Virus record (IMG/VR): IMGVR_UViG_3300029231_000002
Coordinates: 7,518-71,517 of that record
DNA from: a virus
DNA: 64,000 bases
Strand: one strand, 5' to 3'
Positions within the stretch are counted from its first letter, which is position 1; each line of letters opens with the position of its first letter. A program made the position numbers and the translations under genes. The notes beneath the pieces were generated by a model, which worked only from the letters and a program-made list of their open reading frames with translations, made no database searches and had not been told where the DNA came from. Below are positions 58,906 through 64,000 of this stretch, one piece after another.

Positions 58906-60363
58906 TTAGAACCCCTCCCTTTTAAATATGTCGATCATATCCTCTACAGTTTTTTGGCGATGCTTATCCATGATAGTTTTTAACTTTAGGGTTTTATCTG
59001 GATCTACTATACTGAGAAATGCCAGCTTGCCATTAAACACCCGTTTACTCAAGGGTTTCACCATTAAATTTCTAAATGATGATTTAAAGAATTTATTGTG
59101 AGCCGCATACTTTTTAACTAACGCGATTCTAGCAGGATGTATATTATACATTACTTCTCGTATACCAAGCTGTTTTCCAATCAGCATCGCTTCAACTCGC
59201 AGGTCATTATATTTACTCCGTGGATACTTTACTTCCGAGTTAGATATATGTAATCCCAATACAGTTTTCACCGATTGTACATATTTATACATTGGTTTAA
59301 CTATAAATTCTAAATTTGGATATTTCGTATGAACCAGGTCAGTGATACGTGTTAATGTTTCTGGCAATTCATCCAATGGAATTTTGGTATCCTTAGAGAA
59401 CGTGAACTCAATGACTTTGGCAGATATTGTTCCACGTAAGTCTGGCATCTGTAAATAGTTTGTTATAATCCCGATAATTTTAGCAGACTGAGTAGATGGC
59501 AGATATGTAACTTTTGTTTTTATACGGAAGCCAGTTACAATAGGATAAGCTTTATCACGCATAATTCCAACTTTCTTATAATTCATCCGAAATGGATGTA
59601 CTACCTCACTAAGTTCGCTGATAAAGTCCTGACATTCTGCATCACTTTTGTTACCTGAAAAGCATAAATCATCTGCATATCGAGTATATGTAAACCCAAA
59701 CTTTTCTGCTAGTTCCGCTACTCTGCAATCAAAATCATAATTAAGGATTATAGTAAGAATTGGAGAAGTAGGAGCTCCCTGCGGTAGTACCCCATCTAAA
59801 CAAACAAGTTTAACGATTCTACTCAGAACATCCAGGGGTAAATTTGTATTAAAATTTTTTGCAATTAAATGCTCAAGCCCTTTTTGTACATATAAGGATG
59901 TGTGAGCTGGGAAAAAGTCTTTTAAATCTACATGTACAAGTACCCCGTCATTAGCAACTGTTTTAGCTGCATCTACAATGTTTTTACCTTGCATAAATGC
60001 GTAATTACACGGATGTTTAGGAAACTGATTAAAGAATTCCATTAGCTTTAATTGTAGTTCCTTTAAAGCTTCGGTAGGGGCATTGATTTCTCTAAGTTTA
60101 ATACCAAAAGAATAGGGAACGATTTTCTTAGTATTCTTATCGATATAAAACCTGGAATAACAGGCTTTTGCAGTAACGTCTGTTATAGACGTTAGTATTT
60201 CAGGAGTTACTCCCATATAACTTGAAAAAGAATTATAATCAATAAAGGGCAATTCGGATAATGTAAGTACTCGATTGCCACAGATACTTTCTAATTGACT
60301 ATGCCGCCCAGTTAAAGTATTATAATACTCACGTACAAGCTTTGGAAACCTGTTAATATCCAT
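58906..60363 (-). CDS. reverse transcriptase, retron-like (group II/retron/Abi clade) with about 150-aa C-terminal extension
   Basis: RT motifs VHVDLKDFFP (A), LPQGAPTSPILTIILN (B'), FTYTRYADDLCFSG (C), and PIVTGFRI (VTG triplet characteristic of retron RTs). QGxxxSP argues against a DGR-type RT. Confidence 0.85.
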   Translation of the reverse strand: MDINRFPKLVREYYNTLTGRHSQLESICGNRVLTLSELPFIDYNSFSSYMGVTPEILTSITDVTAKACYSRFYIDKNTKKIVPYSFGIKLREINAPTEALKELQLKLMEFFNQFPKHPCNYAFMQGKNIVDAAKTVANDGVLVHVDLKDFFPAHTSLYVQKGLEHLIAKNFNTNLPLDVLSRIVKLVCLDGVLPQGAPTSPILTIILNYDFDCRVAELAEKFGFTYTRYADDLCFSGNKSDAECQDFISELSEVVHPFRMNYKKVGIMRDKAYPIVTGFRIKTKVTYLPSTQSAKIIGIITNYLQMPDLRGTISAKVIEFTFSKDTKIPLDELPETLTRITDLVHTKYPNLEFIVKPMYKYVQSVKTVLGLHISNSEVKYPRSKYNDLRVEAMLIGKQLGIREVMYNIHPARIALVKKYAAHNKFFKSSFRNLMVKPLSKRVFNGKLAFLSIVDPDKTLKLKTIMDKHRQKTVEDMIDIFKREGF

Positions 60364-61190
60364 TATACATTCTCCTTTTCTACAGGTTCATCTTTGAGAT
60401 ATGTGTTTGTATACCATTCCTCAAAGTCTTTATTACTTTTAAACTTTTGTAAAATGGGAAATTCGTTGCTGTCGATATCCAACCCTGAAATAATAGTATT
60501 TGCGTATAACTGTTGGATATCTTTATTGATTTCCTCTTTTGATATCGGATTTAGGGTAAAGAAGCATTTATAATCGATATCATAATTAATACATAAAGTA
60601 TCTTCTTTATGAGCTTGATGTTTACATAGATTACACTTATTCTTTATTTCTATACCATTAAGGATCAGCTTATGTTCTACTGGAAGATGCATATAGTATT
60701 TTAAGGACTCAATATCTTCTGTATCCTTTAATAGAGTAACATATGCATTTCCGAAAACTAGGTTTGAAACAAATACATTAGCATCAGTTATTAGACTCAT
60801 AACAGTACTAATAGGCATAGGGGAGGTATCAAATAACGGAACTGTACAAAATACGGGTTCAGTATTTTCGTCTGTAAAAACCTGAAGGTCATTAAAAATT
60901 AACCGTTTAGAAGAGGAAGTATAAACTTCTAAAACACCATAGGTACATTCTTTTAATTTAGTACAAAAGTCCCTGAATTCATCTGCACTAAATTCCCATA
61001 TAAGATAATTCTTAAAAATGGGGGTCAACGGTTTAAAAGAAAAATAAGCGCATCTTGCAATTACACCTGGTACGATTTGCAGCAAGACACCGATGTTGAG
61101 AGCATTAGGTCCCCAGTAAACAACAGTGTTGCTTTTGTCTACTATAGTTCCTTGTCTCTCTTGAGTTTCCATAGAACTCATGGCAGTCAC
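60363..61190 (-). CDS. hypothetical protein, first gene of the RT module
   Basis: 275 aa. The stop overlaps the RT start (ATGA-type coupling). The likely start is the internal ATG (MSSMETQ), which has RBS AAAGGAA. Confidence 0.55.
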   Translation of the reverse strand: MTAMSSMETQERQGTIVDKSNTVVYWGPNALNIGVLLQIVPGVIARCAYFSFKPLTPIFKNYLIWEFSADEFRDFCTKLKECTYGVLEVYTSSSKRLIFNDLQVFTDENTEPVFCTVPLFDTSPMPISTVMSLITDANVFVSNLVFGNAYVTLLKDTEDIESLKYYMHLPVEHKLILNGIEIKNKCNLCKHQAHKEDTLCINYDIDYKCFFTLNPISKEEINKDIQQLYANTIISGLDIDSNEFPILQKFKSNKDFEEWYTNTYLKDEPVEKENV

Positions 61191-61200
61191 ATTCCTTTCT

Positions 61201-61249
61201 TTTAATAAAAAATAAAAGACCCTGAAATCAATTGCTTGACTCAGGGTCT
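61201..61249 (-). terminator. rho-independent terminator (AAGACCCTGA-15 nt-TCAGGGTCTT then TTTTATTTTTTATT) immediately upstream of the RT-module RBS
   Basis: 10-bp perfect stem plus a T-run on the minus strand. Confidence 0.55.
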
Positions 61250-61497
61250 TCGGAGGATGGCCGCTCTGGTTTAGATTTGTGCACTAAAGTGAGATAGTGA
61301 ATAACACTTTGTAAGGGGATGATTATTTCTGCACAGGTTAGGACCGAGCGGCGTAGTCCTAAGAGAAGAAACCACCCCAATGAGGGCTGCATCTATAACA
61401 GTACTCTCCTAAAAGAAAACTGCGTTAGGGTACATCTCCCAGATGCGTGCCGTCAGCGCAGACTTACGTTTTCTTTAGAGGTTTGATATAGATATCT
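61201..61497 (-). ncRNA. candidate discrete leader/ncRNA unit (about 290 nt) between the promoter motif and the terminator, upstream of the RT module; possible retron msr-msd-like template or regulatory leader
   Basis: Bounded by the extended -10 at 61504-61516 and the terminator. Contains hairpins AGGAC-N11-GTCCT and CATCT-GGG-AGATG, and a CTCTAAAGAAAAC / GTTTTCTTTTAGAG pairing. No ORF. Confidence 0.35.
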
Positions 61498-61503
61498 TCT
61501 CCA

Positions 61504-61516
61504 TATTACTTATACC
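61504..61516 (-). promoter_or_regulatory. conserved extended -10 motif copy 7 (TGGTATAAGTAAT), 20 nt downstream of the terminase stop
   Basis: Motif identity. Confidence 0.4.
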
Positions 61517-61536
61517 ATTTTGATCTCTATAACATT

Positions 61537-63144
61537 TTACTCATATTCTTCAGGTATTTCACCGTTAGGTGGAGTGAAATCATCTAACTGATGTTTGAAT
61601 GCCCTTGGATTTTTAGCAAAGTATCTAGCACCTAAACGTAAATATACTAGCGTATGTGCAAAGTCATCAGGAACATTGATATCCCTGATTATCTGGAATG
61701 CACGAATCCTATCATTATATTCACAAGATAAGGTTAATAGATCCTCTGCGAAAGGTTTCATAACCTTATATGCAGGGAAAATCATTCTTTGGCTTTTAAT
61801 ATCTAAAACAACGCCTGCCATTGCACGAGTACGATCTGTAACCCAGGATCTGGATTTATCGTTAAATTCCATACCTACAGTTACACGCGCTTTATATTCT
61901 ATTTCGTATACTTTTACATTCGGGAAATGTTTACGAAGCACAGAGTTCGCTAAACTACCGCCACCACGGTCACATACTATTAAAACTGGAGTGGCAGAAG
62001 CTATTAGCTTAACGATTTGATCCATCTGGGATAATGGGTCCTGATCTACTGGGAATTTCTGGCTAAAAAATACACGCAGTTTATCCTGCGGATCCAGGCC
62101 CCCAATAGTTACTACGGTATGCGTGTTTCCACCAAGTACACCCCAGTCTACTGTAGCAACTACAGTATATATTCCCCATTCACCTTTTCTATTAGTAGTA
62201 AATTCTGTTGTTTCAGGATCACAGCACGCAACGACATCTGATTCAACCAGAAGTTTTGCACCGTTATCATAGGAATAACCAAGACATTCATTGAAAAACT
62301 TTGCCTCACTATATAATGGGTTATTTAATTTTTCGATAAGACGGGACCAGGGAATACCTGTTTGAGGAACACCTGCGATCATTGCCTGAGAAATGTGATA
62401 CCCAACAAAATCCCTGTCAGGATATTTGCCTACATATTCACCAGTTGCTACGTCCAAGGGTTTACCACAGTATTTACATATAAGACCATCTTCACCTAGA
62501 TTATCTACTACGATTGGTACATTCCACTTTGTACAACCCTTGCATTTCATTGCCCAATAGTGTTGGGTAGTTTGTTCCCAAAGCTTTTGAATACAATTAT
62601 CAAATGTTTTAGGAGTACCGCAAAAGACCATACGTTTCGGAGTTTTACGTGCTGTACATTCTTCTATTACAGGGATGTTATCCAAAATGATATCCTGTAC
62701 CTCGTCAAGATACACAGAATTTGCGGATATACCACGGATACCATCGGCTGTATGATAGCAGCTACGTAAATACATCATAGATCCGTTTAAAAACTCTTTA
62801 GCCTGGGTTTGCATAGTACACGAAGAATTAACATAATAATTCTTTATAATCGGAGAATTATTTATCATTGGGTTAAGTTTATCATTATTAAATTGTGATA
62901 CCTGATTATCTCGAGGAGCTACGTATAATGATCTCCAGAATGGTTTGCTGGCAAGTTCTGTAATACTGGTTGCACCAATAGTAGTTGATTTTGCTACCTG
63001 GCGACCAGTCATAAGAAGCAATTTTTCTGAGTCTGTATTCATTATAGTAACCATGTATGGTAACCCATCAAGACTAAAAGGTTTACCATCCAAGTATAAT
63101 ATCTTTTGGGAGAAATCAGAGGGGCTTGTTTCCAGTGTATACAT
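61537..63144 (-). CDS. terminase large subunit
   Basis: Walker A-like LMTGRQVAKST, Walker B VYLDEV, and a C-terminal nuclease-like region. 535 aa. RBS GAAGGAG. Confidence 0.8.
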   Translation of the reverse strand: MYTLETSPSDFSQKILYLDGKPFSLDGLPYMVTIMNTDSEKLLLMTGRQVAKSTTIGATSITELASKPFWRSLYVAPRDNQVSQFNNDKLNPMINNSPIIKNYYVNSSCTMQTQAKEFLNGSMMYLRSCYHTADGIRGISANSVYLDEVQDIILDNIPVIEECTARKTPKRMVFCGTPKTFDNCIQKLWEQTTQHYWAMKCKGCTKWNVPIVVDNLGEDGLICKYCGKPLDVATGEYVGKYPDRDFVGYHISQAMIAGVPQTGIPWSRLIEKLNNPLYSEAKFFNECLGYSYDNGAKLLVESDVVACCDPETTEFTTNRKGEWGIYTVVATVDWGVLGGNTHTVVTIGGLDPQDKLRVFFSQKFPVDQDPLSQMDQIVKLIASATPVLIVCDRGGGSLANSVLRKHFPNVKVYEIEYKARVTVGMEFNDKSRSWVTDRTRAMAGVVLDIKSQRMIFPAYKVMKPFAEDLLTLSCEYNDRIRAFQIIRDINVPDDFAHTLVYLRLGARYFAKNPRAFKHQLDDFTPPNGEIPEEYE

Positions 63145-63505
63145 AGATCGAACTCCTTCACTAGGTTCTACGATCTATTATACCGAAAATACTTTGTTAA
63201 AAAAAAGAGAGAAGTATGGATCGGGATCAAACCCTGAAACCAAATATCTCTCGAAATATGCTTCTGAGCTAGTGCCTTGCTCTCACACTAGTGTCTCCTC
63301 AGCTTCAGCATATGCTAAAACAATCATCAAATCAAACCAAAGTATTGAGAAACAAATTAGAAGTCCAAGTGTTATCGCCACTTGGAACCTCCTTTCAGAG
63401 ACGCATAAGATCCTTCTGCTTATGCATCTCGATGGAAACTTTGACATGCTTCTGCCATTTTAACAGAAACGTAGCGTGATTTCTCCAACCTCTGTTTTGG
63501 AAGAA

Positions 63506-64000
63506 TTAGTTACGTTTCTGGTGTGTCAGAGGCTCTCTGACAAAACCGTTGATCTCCAGGCGTTTGCCAACAGGTTCAACGGAGAAACGCTCCTTGAATT
63601 CTTGGTCAGGAAGTAAAACCCAGAATACCCAGCGAGCGTCAGGCTCGGAGCTTTCCTTCCTCCAGCTAACCGGAATTCCTTCTGCATTAATATAATCCAC
63701 TGCGTCTTTGGCTACATAGGCTACGCGTTGTGCATAAGTTAATAATGCAGGATTAACTGGCGGGGTAATCTTTATGGTATTTAACAATTGCCATAAAGCC
63801 CATGTTTCATACTCAGCATCGTTTTCCACTTTTTCTTTCTGAAGTTTCGGAATCGGCGCTTCTTTAAATACCTCCTTCATCGTTGGCGAGCTATCAATAA
63901 GAGCTTCGATACCAAGATAGAACTTTGGAGTCTTAAGAACATAGCGCTCCGTAAAATCTTCAGGTTGAAATTTGATGTTTTTGATGTTTTGTACAGTCAT
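63506..64000 (-). CDS. hypothetical protein (start at window edge, may extend further)
   Basis: 164-aa ORF beginning at the last base of the window. Confidence 0.4.
   Translation of the reverse strand: MTVQNIKNIKFQPEDFTERYVLKTPKFYLGIEALIDSSPTMKEVFKEAPIPKLQKEKVENDAEYETWALWQLLNTIKITPPVNPALLTYAQRVAYVAKDAVDYINAEGIPVSWRKESSEPDARWVFWVLLPDQEFKERFSVEPVGKRLEINGFVREPLTHQKRN

Noticed and set aside
56544-60363. Diversity-generating retroelement (RT plus tail-fibre VR/TR) hypothesis
   Set aside because: RT motif B' is QGAPTSP (the group II/retron type) rather than the DGR-type I/LGxxxSQ. No 100-bp template repeat matching the 3' end of the adjacent tail genes was found in the flanking non-coding regions.

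Overview
The window reads as one arm of a large tailed dsDNA phage of a low-GC (about 35% GC) Gram-positive-type host. No integrase or repressor is recognisable, so it looks virulent. Coordinates for non-CDS features were counted by hand and may be off by 1-2 nt.

Organisation, left to right:
- 1-32.5 kb, almost entirely leftward (minus strand): early and nucleotide-metabolism genes. These include an SNF2-type helicase (partial, runs off the window start), an SPFH/band-7 protein, a 3D-domain protein, two metallophosphoesterases, NrdG, a class III ribonucleotide reductase NrdD split into three exons by two probable group I introns (one carrying an HNH-type homing endonuclease ORF), ThyX, many small membrane, lipoprotein and zinc-ribbon ORFs with tandem paralogues, and four large unknown genes of 271-552 aa.
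- 13.9-16.0 kb: a 1.9 kb non-coding array of about 50 degenerate 36-bp tandem repeats with central palindromes. It is flanked by an NrdR-box-bearing nrdD promoter and by an ORF resembling the C-terminal HhH domain of IS110-family transposases without the catalytic domain.
- 32.5-33.9 kb: an origin-like non-coding region with GTGTAGACAC iterons in both orientations, an AT-rich segment, and at least 11 perfect DnaA boxes (TTATCCACA).
- 33.9-46.9 kb, rightward: tail module with a 1238-aa tape measure protein, tail proteins with NlpC/P60-like and 3D lytic domains, then a strong terminator.
- 46.9-50.4 kb, leftward: dUTPase, Nudix hydrolase and others.
- 50.5-57.1 kb, rightward: a sigma-70-family factor followed by baseplate and tail genes.
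- 57.1-57.85 kb: a 790-bp ORF-free region made of two adjacent 150-160-bp quasi-palindromes.
- 57.9-61.2 kb, leftward: a three-gene module encoding a retron-like reverse transcriptase (QGAPTSP, YADD and a VTG motif) between two unknown proteins. It is preceded by a discrete roughly 290-nt promoter-to-terminator non-coding unit.
- 61.5-64.0 kb, leftward: terminase large subunit and one further gene.

A conserved extended -10 element, TGGTATAAGTAAT on the minus strand, recurs nine times in intergenic positions. Three copies point into non-coding structured regions: the repeat array, the RT leader, and the quasi-palindrome region.

The most interesting candidates are the phage-borne retron-like RT module with its flanking candidate ncRNAs, and the large 36-bp repeat array. 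Function for both is inferred, not demonstrated.
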